Assembly (NCBI GenBank): GCA_965217775.1
Contig: CBDCJH010000002.1
Location: 2,048,001-2,112,000, forward strand
Direction: 5' to 3'
Source of the DNA: Acidobacteriota bacterium
Lineage (GTDB): Bacteria > Acidobacteriota > UBA6911 > RPQK01 > JAJDTT01
DNA: 64,000 nt
Shown: one piece after another, positions 11,378 to 22,245 of the stretch
Numbering within the stretch: the stretch's first letter is position 1
Layout of the letters: each line of letters begins with the position of its first letter
Position numbers and translations under genes: made by a program
Notes under the pieces: model-generated
What the model saw: the letters and a program-made list of their open reading frames with translations, nothing else
Told to the model about the DNA's origin: nothing
Databases searched by the model: none

Positions 11378-12226
11378 TCAACTGGCTGCGACGACTTTGT
11401 TCTTGAGTACTCCGACCCCGTCGATTTCCACGGTGACCTCGTCTCCAGGCTGCATGCCCTTGGTGGTCCCCGGGGTCCCCGTGAAAATCAGATCGCCCGG
11501 TTCCAGCGTCACGTACTTGCTGATGAAGCTGACCGACTCGGCGATTCCATGGATCATGTCGGAGATTTTGGCTTCCTGGAGAACCTCCCCGTTGACCTTG
11601 AGCACCATGTTCAGGTTGCTGTAGTCCACCCCCGAGAGGATGTAGGGTCCGGTGGGGCTGAACGTATCGGCGGCCTTGGCGCGCCACCATTGAACGTCGT
11701 TTCTCTGCCAGGTTCGGGCGCTGATGTCGTTTCCGCAGGTGATGCCCAGGACATGGTCCAGAGCCGCCTCCACCGACACGTTCCGGGCTTGCTTGCCGAT
11801 GACGATGACCACCTCGGCCTCGTAATGCACCGGATCCGTATCGGCCGGCTGGACGACCTCTCCTCCGTGGGCCAGCAACGAGGAGGGAAGCTTGATGAAG
11901 GGCTCCGGATAGGGGTTCGGCTCCGAATCCCCGATGTGGGACTTGTAGTTCCCGGCCAGGGCCAGAACCTTGGAGGGGTTCTTGCTGGGGACCAGAATGG
12001 TGACGTCCGACAGCGCGTGGGTGGTTTCGGTCTTTTCCCATTCGCCGTAAAGGTCCCCACTCAGTTGCCGGACCTGATCCCCCTCCAGGATGCCGTAGGC
12101 TTCCTGGCCGTCCATGCTGAACCGCAGATACCGGGTTCCTTGATCCTTGTGGCTCGAAGCCTGGCAGGCCTGGGTGAGTCCCAACCCCGCCATCAACAGG
12201 AATACGCTTGTCCGTCGCAACATCAT
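11378..12226 (-). CDS. Fumarylacetoacetate hydrolase family protein (probably exported)
   Basis: GNYKSH, HYEAE, NDISAR.WQ, AK..DTF and LEPGDLIFTGTP motifs; N-terminal signal-like segment. Confidence 0.92.
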   Translation of the reverse strand: MMLRRTSVFLLMAGLGLTQACQASSHKDQGTRYLRFSMDGQEAYGILEGDQVRQLSGDLYGEWEKTETTHALSDVTILVPSKNPSKVLALAGNYKSHIGDSEPNPYPEPFIKLPSSLLAHGGEVVQPADTDPVHYEAEVVIVIGKQARNVSVEAALDHVLGITCGNDISARTWQRNDVQWWRAKAADTFSPTGPYILSGVDYSNLNMVLKVNGEVLQEAKISDMIHGIAESVSFISKYVTLEPGDLIFTGTPGTTKGMQPGDEVTVEIDGVGVLKNKVVAAS

Positions 12227-12400
12227 TCAGATCCTCCAAAACGTTGATGACTATTCGGGAAGGGCGCCAGCATATAGCGGCCTTTCCGGCCGTGTCAACG
12301 GGCGGACGGCTACCCTGAATGGCGGTTTCGCGGATGTGAAAACCAGGAATTCCGGAGACCGGAGTCGAGGCGGATACTGCGCCGACGACTCCCCAGTCTC

Positions 12401-14050
12401 TCAGGCACGCCGGCCCACGACGTGAATCAGGATGAGGATGACTGTCGCGCCCACGGCCATCCCGACCCAGAGGTCGGCTCCCCAGGCTCCCACCAGGGCA
12501 TAGCCGGCCAGGGCGGCCACCACGGCCCCGAGAAGAGCATAGGGAATCTGGGTGCGCACGTGCTCCAGATGTTCGCACCCGCTGCAGATGGAAGAGAGGA
12601 CGGTGGTGTCGGAGATGGGGCTGCAGTGGTCGCCGAAGATGGCGCCGTCCAGGACGGCCGCCATGGCCAGGATCATCACCGGCTCGCCGCCCGATTCGTA
12701 TCCCAACTGGGCGGCCGTGGGGATGATGATGGCCATGGTCCCATAGCTGGTCCCGGTGGCGAAGGCCACCAATCCGGCGGTGACGAACACCGCCAGCGGA
12801 ACCCACTCGACGCTCACACCCTGCCGCAGCACGGCGACGGCGTAGTGCGCCGTCTCCAAGTCCCGGCATCCGGCCGAAAGGGCCCAGGCGCAGACGATCA
12901 CCACCAGAGCCCCCGAGATATGCCGGACACCCCCCAACCAGGCCAGAAGCCCCTCCCGCACCGTCATCACGCCCTGCAGGGCCGGCAGCAGGATCGCCAG
13001 AGCGGCTCCGGTGACGCCCGCGTAGAGCATGGCGAATGTGAGGGCCTCGCCGTCCTGGGCCGCGGCGGCCCGGATGAACACATCCTTCCATCCCGACAGG
13101 GAAGCCAGGTCGACACCTGGATCCCGGCTTCCCCAATAGTAGATCTGGATCATGATCAAGAGCAGCACCGTGCCGATGGGCACCACGGCGTTGTACCAGC
13201 GCGGCTGGATCGTCGACGACGCCTCCGGGCCCTGAAGGCCGGACGGCTCCGCGGACCGGCGCACCCGTCTCTCCACCTTCAACATGGGCCCGAAGTCGCG
13301 GCCGGTGGCCGCCACCACCACCACCAGGAACAGGGCGAAGACGCAATAGAACCGGTAGCCCATCGCCGAGAGGAAGAGCCCGTATCCACTGGCGTCCAAT
13401 CCCAGGTCCCGCGCCGCACCTTGCAGATAGGAGACCTCGGTCCCGATCCAGGTCGAGATCAGTGCCAGACCGGCGATGGGAGCAGCCGTCGAGTCGATGA
13501 GGTAAGCCAGCTTGGCACGGGACAGCTTGAGTCTATCGAACAGCGGCCGGACCGTAGGCCCGACGATCGCCGTGTTGGCGTAGTCGTCGAAGAAGATCGA
13601 GAACCCCATGCCCACGGTCGCCACCGATACCCCACGGCGTCCCCGCGCCAACCGCAGGATGAGGTTGATCATTCCATGGAGTCCCCCGCTGGCAGTGGTG
13701 ACGCTGACCAGGCCGAGCAGTGACGCCGTGAATCCCAGTATGGAGAGATGGAAGGAGTCCAGCACCGAATCCCAGAAGTAGTTCACGATCAGCGACTCGG
13801 CCATGCCGGCCGGCGAAGGCCAGGCATGAATCACTGCGGCGCTGGCGATGCCGAAGACAAGCGAAGGGACCAGCCAGCGGGTGATCAGAACCGAGACGAT
13901 GGCCACCAGCGGCGGGAGCAGGGCCAGCCAGGTCACGTCCACTTGCCGGGTGGACAGGTAGTCCCGGTCTACGGGCAGAAACGACAGGGCAAGGGCGATG
14001 ACCAACGCGATCGGAGCAACGATCAGAAGTCTCTTCTGCATGTCGTTCAT
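12401..14050 (-). CDS. Na+/H+ antiporter NhaC family protein
   Basis: IFFDDYAN, DSTAAP, FATGTSYGT and GAIFGDHCSPISDTT motifs. Confidence 0.9.
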   Translation of the reverse strand: MNDMQKRLLIVAPIALVIALALSFLPVDRDYLSTRQVDVTWLALLPPLVAIVSVLITRWLVPSLVFGIASAAVIHAWPSPAGMAESLIVNYFWDSVLDSFHLSILGFTASLLGLVSVTTASGGLHGMINLILRLARGRRGVSVATVGMGFSIFFDDYANTAIVGPTVRPLFDRLKLSRAKLAYLIDSTAAPIAGLALISTWIGTEVSYLQGAARDLGLDASGYGLFLSAMGYRFYCVFALFLVVVVAATGRDFGPMLKVERRVRRSAEPSGLQGPEASSTIQPRWYNAVVPIGTVLLLIMIQIYYWGSRDPGVDLASLSGWKDVFIRAAAAQDGEALTFAMLYAGVTGAALAILLPALQGVMTVREGLLAWLGGVRHISGALVVIVCAWALSAGCRDLETAHYAVAVLRQGVSVEWVPLAVFVTAGLVAFATGTSYGTMAIIIPTAAQLGYESGGEPVMILAMAAVLDGAIFGDHCSPISDTTVLSSICSGCEHLEHVRTQIPYALLGAVVAALAGYALVGAWGADLWVGMAVGATVILILIHVVGRRA

Positions 14051-14223
14051 GAGTCTCGCCGATTTCCCTTCCCGGCGCTCCACCAGAGATCCGGCCAAGC
14101 CCTTCCGGCCCTGCGACAGGTTACTCCCGCGCCATGACGCTCGGTGCTTCCGTCTCTCGTCTCTCGGCGTGAGGAAATCGGTCGCGGCGGTGCACCGGAC
14201 CGGCTGGTAGAATCGCCAACCAA

Positions 14224-15345
14224 ATGCAGTTTACCAGCGGCGAGTTGACGGCAGAACGGAAGAGAGCTCGTCTGGCGCGCTACCGGCGGGTCCGTGGGCG
14301 AGCTGCCCGATGGCTCCTGGACCAGATGAATCCCGACGGGTCCATCGGCGACGTGAGCGAGGGATATTTCTTCTACCGCGGCCCCTGGACCTTCTCCCTG
14401 GTGGGGGAGACCGAGGCGGCAAGCCGCCTCTGCGGTTGGATTAGAAGACATATGCTCCAGCCGGACGGCCGCATCGGCGGACCCTTCCGGAAGCTCAACG
14501 ACGCCTGGGCCTACCGGGACTCGGCTCTGATCGTGGGCGCTCAGATGGCGGGGCAATACGACCTCTCCCATGGTCTCATGCCGGCACTCCTGCGTTGGCA
14601 GGACCCGGCTTCAGGCGCCTTCGCCAACGACCGCCGCGAGGACGGGTCCAGGAGCGACGATCAGAGCATCCCCTACACCGCCGGGGGCGGCTTCGCGTGC
14701 CTGGCAACGGGAAATCTGGAGGCGGCGCGGTCGGTGGCGAGCTTCCTGCGAAGGATCTACGAGGCCCAGGACGAACTTCCGGACCGCTTCTACTACGACT
14801 GGTCCCGCGCCCGCCAAGCGCCCAACCGGGAATTTCCCCCGGATCGAGCCTTCTGGTTCGTGGTCGAGAATCGCGTCGCACGGCTCCAACGCTGGACCGT
14901 GGGGGGAATCGCCGCCGGGTTCCTCTGCCGCCTGTTTCTGGCCGACCGCGATCCGGACTACCTGGAGTTGGCGCGCCGGTACCAGGACTTCTCCATGGCC
15001 GCCACCGACGGCCAGTTCCGCTACGATCCGGTCTGCAAGAGCGGCTGGGGAAGTTCGTTGCTCTACCTCATCACCGGAGATCCCCGCTATGAGGCCTGGA
15101 CCTACCGCATGGGTGACTGGTTCGTCCGGCAACAGCACCGGGACGGCTACTGGCCCCCCACCGACGGCGAGTCCACGCCAGGACGCCTGATCCACAATGC
15201 CCTGGAATTCACCATGCACGTGGACACCATCATCTCCGGCCTCTCCTCCCGTGGAGGGGGGACATCCCTGTCCCCCTCTTCAGCGCAGCGTGGCACCGCC
15301 ATCCACCGGGATAACCACACCGGTGAGGAAATCCGCTTCCGGTGA
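14224..15345 (+). CDS. Hypothetical protein, probable (alpha/alpha) toroid fold; the tail reads through a palindrome
   Basis: QW-like repeats WLLDQMNPDGS, WQDPASGAF and WFVRQQHRDGYW. Confidence 0.6.
   Translation: MQFTSGELTAERKRARLARYRRVRGRAARWLLDQMNPDGSIGDVSEGYFFYRGPWTFSLVGETEAASRLCGWIRRHMLQPDGRIGGPFRKLNDAWAYRDSALIVGAQMAGQYDLSHGLMPALLRWQDPASGAFANDRREDGSRSDDQSIPYTAGGGFACLATGNLEAARSVASFLRRIYEAQDELPDRFYYDWSRARQAPNREFPPDRAFWFVVENRVARLQRWTVGGIAAGFLCRLFLADRDPDYLELARRYQDFSMAATDGQFRYDPVCKSGWGSSLLYLITGDPRYEAWTYRMGDWFVRQQHRDGYWPPTDGESTPGRLIHNALEFTMHVDTIISGLSSRGGGTSLSPSSAQRGTAIHRDNHTGEEIRFR
15253..15281. repeat. Short GC-rich palindrome (REP-like, GGAGGGGGGACA-n-TGTCCCCCTC)
   Basis: Near-identical copy at 53012-53040. 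Confidence 0.65.
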
Positions 15346-16041
15346 GGCCAGGAAAAGAACCGAGGCGGCGACGTCTTCCACCGTCGCCAATCGCCGCAGC
15401 GGAATCTGACCCAGGATCTTCTCCCGCATGCCGGGACGATCCAGCGTCTGCGCCGCGAGTTCGGTTTCCACGAAGGTGGGCGCGACGGCGTTGACGGTGA
15501 TGCCGTGCCGGGCCCATTCGAGAGCCAGCACGCGGGTCAACATGATCATGCCCGCCTTGCTGGAGCCGTAGGCCGCTCTTTCCTCACGGGCCACCAGCCC
15601 GGCCGCCGAGGCCACGTTGACGATGGTCCCCCGGCGCCGCGGGATCATCCGCCGCCCCACCTCCTGCGTCAGAAAGAAGGCCCCCTTGAGGTTGGCATCC
15701 AGAATCTCGTCCCACTGCTCCTCGGTCACCTGCTCGGCCGGCCGGGGGATGTTGACGCCGGCATTGTTGACCAGCACCTGAATGGGGCCTAGCTCCGCTT
15801 CCACGTAATCGACGACCGCCGGCATATCCTCCAGTCGCCGCACATCCAACGCCAAGGGCAGGGCCTGAGCCCCGAGGGCCTCGACTCTGCGGCAGGTCTC
15901 CTGTAGCGACGTCCGTCTCCGTGCCGTCAGCGCCAGGCGGGCTCCCGGGACCGCGAACCCTTCCGCCAATCCGACCCCGATCCCCCGGCTGGCTCCGGTG
16001 ATCAGAACTACCATTTCGTTCGCACTCCTTCTTTCAACCAC
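15280..16041 (-). CDS. SDR family oxidoreductase
   Basis: TGASRGIG, NNAG and YGSSK motifs. Confidence 0.93.
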   Translation of the reverse strand: MVERRSANEMVVLITGASRGIGVGLAEGFAVPGARLALTARRRTSLQETCRRVEALGAQALPLALDVRRLEDMPAVVDYVEAELGPIQVLVNNAGVNIPRPAEQVTEEQWDEILDANLKGAFFLTQEVGRRMIPRRRGTIVNVASAAGLVAREERAAYGSSKAGMIMLTRVLALEWARHGITVNAVAPTFVETELAAQTLDRPGMREKILGQIPLRRLATVEDVAASVLFLASPEADFLTGVVIPVDGGATLR

Positions 16042-17302
16042 ACCACCGGATCACCAGCCGGGAGAGCACGCGGGCGGCCTCCAGGACCGACTCCAGTTCC
16101 ACGTACTCGTCCGGCGCATGGAGATTTCCGCCTCGCGGGCCGTAGTAGATGGATTGCTCTCCCAGCTCGGCCTTGAAGTAACGGGCGTCGGCGGTGCCGG
16201 GAAAGGCATCCCGCTCCAGGTCCTTGCCAGTGACGCCGCGGTGACACTCTTCCAACAGGTCGACCAGACTGGAAGAGCCAGTCACGGGAGACGCGACCCA
16301 ACCTCGAGCCCGGAAACCGTTATAGCGGATCGTGGGCGGATTCCGGACCAGCCAGGAATCGTCCGCCGCCGCCCGGCGGACCTGCTCCTCGGCAAAGTTC
16401 CGGGCTCGTTCCGGCGGCCAGTCGATGGGAAACGACATGCGGCAACTGAACCGGCATTCGAGCGCCACGTTGGAAGGCCAGTCCCCTCCTTCGATCTGCC
16501 CGACGTTGAGGTTCATGGGCCGGGGCCGGTGATCGTACGCCGGATGCCGGAAATCCCGATTCAGAGCCTCGACGACCGCCGGCTTGAGGCGGTGAATGAG
16601 AGACGCCGCCTTCTCGACCGCGTTCACCTGGCGTCCCGGTTCTCCCACGTAGGCCGGCCGGCCCCGGACGCAGACTTCGAACCAGAGCACGCCCAGCGTG
16701 GCGGTCCAGACCTGGAGCCCGGTGGGCTCGGTCAGCACGGCGCCGTCAACCCTCCCCGAATCCAGCCGGCTCGCCAGCATTCCGTTACCCGTGCACTCCT
16801 CCTCGATGACGCTCTCCACCCGGACCGGCCCCCGTAGCCGGGCGCCCGACTCCCGGACCGCCGCCACCGCCAGCAGGGCCGCCACCAGTCCGCTCTTCAT
16901 GTCCAGGGCGCCGCGCCCGTACATCCGGCCTTCCCGAACCTCCGCTCCCCAGGGATCGAAGCTCCACCAGTGCAGGGGTCCGAGAGGCACCACGTCCACG
17001 TGCCCGTTCAGGACGAGGCTCCGTCCACCGGAGACGACGGGCGACAGAACACCCGCCACATTGGGCCGGCCTGCATAGTCCCGCTCCACGGGCACGAAAT
17101 CGGGGTCCGACTCCATGGCTGCGGGATCCGGATCCCACTTCCGGGTCTCCAGACCCAGGTCCAGGAGGCGCCGGTAGATCAGCTCCTGGCCCTCCGCCTC
17201 CTGACCCAGGAGCGTGGGACAACGGACCAGATCCGCCAGAAACCGCAGGTATTCCTGGCCCAGGGCTTCAACTGCGTCGACGGCACGATCCTCAGGAGTC
17301 AT
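16034..17302 (-). CDS. ArgE/DapE family (M20) deacylase
   Basis: LNGHVDVVP, GRGALDMKSG, IEEE and H.PDE motifs. Confidence 0.92.
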   Translation of the reverse strand: MTPEDRAVDAVEALGQEYLRFLADLVRCPTLLGQEAEGQELIYRRLLDLGLETRKWDPDPAAMESDPDFVPVERDYAGRPNVAGVLSPVVSGGRSLVLNGHVDVVPLGPLHWWSFDPWGAEVREGRMYGRGALDMKSGLVAALLAVAAVRESGARLRGPVRVESVIEEECTGNGMLASRLDSGRVDGAVLTEPTGLQVWTATLGVLWFEVCVRGRPAYVGEPGRQVNAVEKAASLIHRLKPAVVEALNRDFRHPAYDHRPRPMNLNVGQIEGGDWPSNVALECRFSCRMSFPIDWPPERARNFAEEQVRRAAADDSWLVRNPPTIRYNGFRARGWVASPVTGSSSLVDLLEECHRGVTGKDLERDAFPGTADARYFKAELGEQSIYYGPRGGNLHAPDEYVELESVLEAARVLSRLVIRWCG

Positions 17303-17317
17303 CCCTCGGGACCTCCC

Positions 17318-18838
17318 TCACTCGAACCAGAAAGAATAGAGATGGGCGTCCCTGAGGTGGAAGCGGAAGCGGACTTTCTGGCCACTGAGGGACTCCAGAC
17401 TGTCTTTTCCCTCCCAGTGCATCCGCACTTTCATCTGATCCGTGGTCAGTGGTCTGGAAGCGTGGCGGGTCCAACCGTCCAGAACCTTACGGCCCCCCGG
17501 GTTCCTGACTTCCACCCGAATTTCGCCCCGGGAGGCGTCCGCATTGACCCAGAGCTGGGTCCCGCCGAAGCGCAGGGTTCCGGTCTCGACGAACCCTCCC
17601 TTTTCGTCGGCCCAGAAGGAGACGAAACCGTCCCGGCGAAGGCGTGCCAGATGGATACCGCCCTGATAGGCGCCCCGGGCCGGGTAGCGGACATCCAGAC
17701 CGCTGTAATAGAACCAGAGCTCGTCCCCCTTGACGATGGGCCGCGACGCCGGCAGGACCTGAGCGGTGTCGATCCTTCCCTCACCCAGCCGGGAAACGGG
17801 CAGAAACGACTCGCGGGAGCCCACCTTCACCCAGTTGAGCAGGTCGCGGCTGGTGGCCAGCTTGGCCGAATTGACGCCGTCCTGGTTGTTGTGGTGGGGA
17901 GGAGTGATCCCGCTGGACTCGAAGTAGTTGGGCAGACCGATGTAGACGCCCTCGTAGGGGAAGATGGGCATCTTGTAGATCTCGGCGTTGTAGTTCTCCG
18001 GCTGATTGAATTGGGGGGTGTAGAGCCGGGGATCGACCAGGTGCTCCCGGATGCGCTGCTCCCCCAACTTCTGATCCAGAGCGTCGGCATGGAAAATGAG
18101 CTGGGGATCGGTCCATTGCTCGAAATCCCGGCTCAGGGAGAGGTAGACCGACCGGCCGAAAGGCCCCCGATGCTTGACGGTCAAAATGTATTGCCGGCCC
18201 AACTCGTCGTAGGTCAGTTGGGAGGTATCCTGGCTCGGTATGGGCGGAACCTCCAGTATCGTGAACTCGTAGCCGTCGGCGGAGACGACCGGCCGGCGGT
18301 CCCGCGGTCCCAGGACCCCCTTGTAGCGGCGCTCTCCGGTCCCTTGCGGATCCAGGATGACATGCTGGACGAGGGCGTCCGGCTCTCCCCGAACCGCCAC
18401 CAGATTGTTCTCCCGGGAGCCCCGGAACTCCTTGACCCCCAACACCGGCTTTTCCCAGACGATTCCCTCCCGAGAGCTGGCGAACGCGGTTTTCCCCGGA
18501 CCTCCGTGGTACCACATTTTCCAGACCTTCTCGCCGGGGTCCCAAGATGGGGCGCTGGTGACCTGGATCATCCGGCTCTCTACCGGAGTCGTCCCAGGAG
18601 CGGCGTATCGGCCCGGCTGGATCTCCCAGGGCCGGTCCGCCCGGACCACCGGACTTCCTTCGTACCGGTGAGGCTGGTGAACCCGGCGCTGGACCCGGTA
18701 GAGCGACCCCAGAAGAAAGTCGTCCAGGAAGAGCTGGCGGACTCCCGGAGTGAGCACCAGGTCGCCCGGACGCTGACCGGCTCCGTTCCCTGAAAACAAG
18801 GAAAGAACGATCCATCCCCCGACCCACAATGTGCGCAT
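17318..18838 (-). CDS. Exported hypothetical protein, glycoside-hydrolase-like beta-propeller
   Basis: Signal peptide; QLFLDD, A.S..GI.WEKP.LG, TSRDLLNW and LRRDGF motifs; C-terminal LYSFWF. Confidence 0.65.
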   Translation of the reverse strand: MRTLWVGGWIVLSLFSGNGAGQRPGDLVLTPGVRQLFLDDFLLGSLYRVQRRVHQPHRYEGSPVVRADRPWEIQPGRYAAPGTTPVESRMIQVTSAPSWDPGEKVWKMWYHGGPGKTAFASSREGIVWEKPVLGVKEFRGSRENNLVAVRGEPDALVQHVILDPQGTGERRYKGVLGPRDRRPVVSADGYEFTILEVPPIPSQDTSQLTYDELGRQYILTVKHRGPFGRSVYLSLSRDFEQWTDPQLIFHADALDQKLGEQRIREHLVDPRLYTPQFNQPENYNAEIYKMPIFPYEGVYIGLPNYFESSGITPPHHNNQDGVNSAKLATSRDLLNWVKVGSRESFLPVSRLGEGRIDTAQVLPASRPIVKGDELWFYYSGLDVRYPARGAYQGGIHLARLRRDGFVSFWADEKGGFVETGTLRFGGTQLWVNADASRGEIRVEVRNPGGRKVLDGWTRHASRPLTTDQMKVRMHWEGKDSLESLSGQKVRFRFHLRDAHLYSFWFE

Positions 18839-18845
18839 TCTCACC

Positions 18846-18910
18846 ATCGGCATCTCCCCAAGTGACTGTCCCCTCAACTCGCCACTCGATCGGCATCTCC
18901 CCAAGTGACT
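18846..18910. repeat. 22-bp direct repeat ATCGGCATCTCCCCAAGTGACT (x2) with a GTGACTGTCCCC REP-like core
   Basis: Copies at 18846-18867 and 18889-18910. Confidence 0.75.
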
Positions 18911-19038
18911 CACCCCTGAAATCGGCCCCTATCATGAAGCGACATGCTTGGGCGGGCAACCGTGGTGCAGAGCGATCGCGGCTGTGGTTCAATATCTGAA
19001 CAGGCAGCAACACCGAACAAGGTCATGAGAGGTCCAAA

Positions 19039-19419
19039 ATGAAGCGAGTTCACCAAATCTGTATTTCCTGCGTCCTGCTGGCCGGCTCGATTCTGGTCCT
19101 CGCCGGTCCGGACACCAGGACCGGAGTGCTCATGGACGCGGCCTGCGGCGCCCGTGTTGCGCCCAACGCCGAGAAGACGGCCAAGCACACGGTTGCCTGC
19201 GCCCTGATGGAGAGTTGCAAGGCCAGCGGCTTCGGTCTGGTCCTGGAGGGCCGGTTCCTCAAGTTCGACCCGGCGGGAGACGAGGAGTCCGTGAAGCTGC
19301 TGGAGAACGCCAAGGTCAGGGAGAACTTCCGGGTCGAAGTGACCGGCGAGTTCTCCGAGACCGACGTCAAGGTGTCCGCGCTGAAGGCAGCCAAGCGGGA
19401 GGGGTCGGGTCACAAATAA
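19039..19419 (+). CDS. Small exported hypothetical protein
   Basis: GAGG RBS; signal peptide; G.LMD..C...HT..CALM..C..SGFG motif. Confidence 0.75.
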   Translation: MKRVHQICISCVLLAGSILVLAGPDTRTGVLMDAACGARVAPNAEKTAKHTVACALMESCKASGFGLVLEGRFLKFDPAGDEESVKLLENAKVRENFRVEVTGEFSETDVKVSALKAAKREGSGHK

Positions 19420-20079
19420 TCGGTTCGTCCGCGCTCAAGAGGCCTTGAGGACTGCTTCGGTTAGTGACGTAACCCGATTGTTTGAAGGAGTTACCTATTT
19501 GCCCCGGTGCTCTTCCCCCCCATTCCGTCCACCGGGACGAAACGGATTCCCCTGACCCTTCGTGGCCGTGACCGGACGCGTCACCCCGGATTGTTTCGCG
19601 TCCGATGCTCCCGAGCCCGAGCGGCTGAACGCGGAGTCGGTGAGGCTCCGATCCGTACCACCCGTGCCCAACCGACCCGGTGACACCCCGCCCAGCCAGC
19701 GGGTAGCACCTCCAATTGTTCGAGCACCGACTGCGTCGTCTTCCTAACTGAACGCACGTTCACTTCATGCACATCGCGGGCGAGCCAGATCAATTCCGTC
19801 TACCACCTGCACGGCTTCGACGGCTCGGTTCCCGTACCGACTTCCATAATCCTCCTGGTCGGCCTACTGGCCCGCCTCTCTCGCCCTTCCACCAGGCACC
19901 CTGCTCTTCATCACCCGAGCAACCTCGTTAAGTCGGGGCTTGCTGGCAAAATACGACGTGTGCCGCAGCCGGGTTGCTGCTGTGCCCTCCCAATTGCCGC
20001 GAGTGAGGAGTGGTCCACAGCCAAGCCGACCGGTACGACAGGCCGTGGGCGTTAGCTTACCGCAGAACAAGGAAACCAC

Positions 20080-22245
20080 ATGACCGAATCGACACCGGGT
20101 CCATCCATTGCTGACGAAGGCCTGATAGCCGACATCGCCGCCAAGCACGGAAACGCAGCGGAATCACCTTTCGCCAACCTGACCAGCACGAACGCCGTCG
20201 GTCAGGTGCTGCTGTTGGATTATGACGCCGCCACCCTGGCGGTTCACGACTACCACAGGGAGCGTGCAGGGGGTTTGGCGCGCGGTATGTTCCTGATCTC
20301 AGGTTCCCCGCCCTCAAGCGAGGAAGCCACCTTTGTGCTGATGCGGGTGGCCGGGGCGAAGCGTCTCGCGAACCAGACCACCACCGATGAGGCGCGCCTT
20401 ACGGCTGCGCGCGAAAGCATCGGCCGGGAACTCTGGTCGGAGAAGCTCGCCACGTGGGTCGCGGACGAGATCGCGCTGGGCGGTGTGGAGGCTCGAATCC
20501 TCGGAACCATGACTTGGACCACCGGCGGAGTTCTACGGTTCGCCGAGGACATCGCCAACTACTACTCGGCGCGAGGGGCGTACGTCTGGAAGCCCACGGG
20601 TTCACTACTCGAGAGCATCGTCAATCTGACCCACCGGGGGAACAGCCTCGACCTGTCGGAACTGGGCATCTCCGCGGATTCGGGCGTTCGAGTCCGCATC
20701 GCGGAGACCCGCTTCGCGGCCGCTGAACCGCAGGGTGACAGCAGCGTGCACGTCCCCGTTCGGATCGATCCCACCGATCTGCTTAAGCGACGCACGGCGT
20801 TCTTCGGAATGTCTCGCAGCGGGAAGTCCAACGCGATGAAGATCACGGCCCAAGCCGTCTACCTGCTCCGCGAGGAGTACCGGGAATTCAGGGTTGGCCA
20901 GCTCATCTTCGACCCCAACGGTGAGTACGCCCAGGACAACCCGCAGGACGGGCGCGGCCTCCACCGCATCCATGAGCTGATGGGCGAACGGCGGCGTGGA
21001 GAGGTCGAGACGTACGGAACGTATGCTCCCCCCACCGACCCGGACCGCAAGATCACGAAGATCAACTTCTTCGGGAATCTGGTTCCTCCGTATCGCCGGA
21101 CCGATCTTGAGTTTGTAGAGAAGGCGCTGGAGCAGCTCGACGTGGGCCGCAAACTCATTCGGGAAAGGATGTCCGCAGAAACCACCCGGTTCACGACCAA
21201 CTTTCGCGACGCCGACCTATCGATTCCTGCGAATCTCAATGATCGTAGCGTCGCGACCCGTTTCCACCGTGCCGTAGTCGTCCATCAGACGGCGTTGGCG
21301 GCAGCAGGTTTCGACGCTCCATCGAGGCCCAATCTCATTGGTCTCTTCGGAAGGAAGCTGCTCGACGCGCTTCGTTCTGACGAGAACGACAAATCGGGCA
21401 ACGCCAGCCAGTATAGGCGGGCGGCCGATGTCCTGAGCGAGACTGTGCCGTCGTGGGATCGCCTCAGAGCTGCGTTCGAGGCGCTTGACAAGTTCATCAA
21501 CGACAAGAAGAGCTGCTACGACTCGTTCGAGGAGGCGTACACAAGGACCTCCACCTCCGGAGAGGACTGGGCAGACCCGCGCCTGAAGTCCGTCCTCAGT
21601 ATCTTCCGCACTCCCAACGGTGTTCTAACCTTCCAAGACCTGCGCGACCAGCACTCGAGCGCTACGGCTTCCGACTACGCCGACGACATCGTCGCGGACC
21701 TGAAAGCGGGGAAGCTTGTGATTTTCGACCAGTCGATCGGAGATCCCGAACTCAACCGACGGGCCGCCGAACGCATCATGTGGAAAGTCTTTCGCAAACA
21801 GCAGCGGATGTTCACATCGGGCGAGGATCTCCCGCCATGGGAGCGGCATGTCCTGGTGTACGTCGAGGAGGCCCACAATCTTCTGCCGCGCGGCGGAAGC
21901 AAGGATGTCCTGGCCACGGTGTGGGCGCGAGCAGCCAAGGAGGGCGGGAAGATGAACCTCGGGATGGTCTTGGCCACTCAGGCTCCGAGCTCGGTCCTTC
22001 CCGAGATCCTGAGCGAGACCGACAACTGGTTCATCTCGCACCTGAACTCGGACAACGAAGCCAAGGTAGTGGAGCGCTACTTGGACTTCGCCGACTTCAT
22101 CCCCCAGATTCGCCGGGTGTCCGAGCCGGGCTTCATCAGACTTCGGACCCTGTCCTCGGGATACACCGTGCCGGTTCAGTTGGACCGGTTTCGACTTCCG
22201 GATGCTCCATCCGAGCCGAGCGACGACCCCGGGACTTCGCGCTGA
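20080..22245 (+). CDS. HerA-like (DUF87) P-loop ATPase/translocase
   Basis: Walker A FGMSRSGKSN, IFDPNGEY, Walker B VYVEEAHN, AKEGGK...ATQ; N-terminal HAS-barrel-like region. Confidence 0.88.
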   Translation: MTESTPGPSIADEGLIADIAAKHGNAAESPFANLTSTNAVGQVLLLDYDAATLAVHDYHRERAGGLARGMFLISGSPPSSEEATFVLMRVAGAKRLANQTTTDEARLTAARESIGRELWSEKLATWVADEIALGGVEARILGTMTWTTGGVLRFAEDIANYYSARGAYVWKPTGSLLESIVNLTHRGNSLDLSELGISADSGVRVRIAETRFAAAEPQGDSSVHVPVRIDPTDLLKRRTAFFGMSRSGKSNAMKITAQAVYLLREEYREFRVGQLIFDPNGEYAQDNPQDGRGLHRIHELMGERRRGEVETYGTYAPPTDPDRKITKINFFGNLVPPYRRTDLEFVEKALEQLDVGRKLIRERMSAETTRFTTNFRDADLSIPANLNDRSVATRFHRAVVVHQTALAAAGFDAPSRPNLIGLFGRKLLDALRSDENDKSGNASQYRRAADVLSETVPSWDRLRAAFEALDKFINDKKSCYDSFEEAYTRTSTSGEDWADPRLKSVLSIFRTPNGVLTFQDLRDQHSSATASDYADDIVADLKAGKLVIFDQSIGDPELNRRAAERIMWKVFRKQQRMFTSGEDLPPWERHVLVYVEEAHNLLPRGGSKDVLATVWARAAKEGGKMNLGMVLATQAPSSVLPEILSETDNWFISHLNSDNEAKVVERYLDFADFIPQIRRVSEPGFIRLRTLSSGYTVPVQLDRFRLPDAPSEPSDDPGTSR

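Noticed and set aside
21780-22244. 587-aa version of the NurA-like protein
   Set aside because: The upstream part overlaps herA in another frame; the coupled ATG at 22245 is the plausible start.
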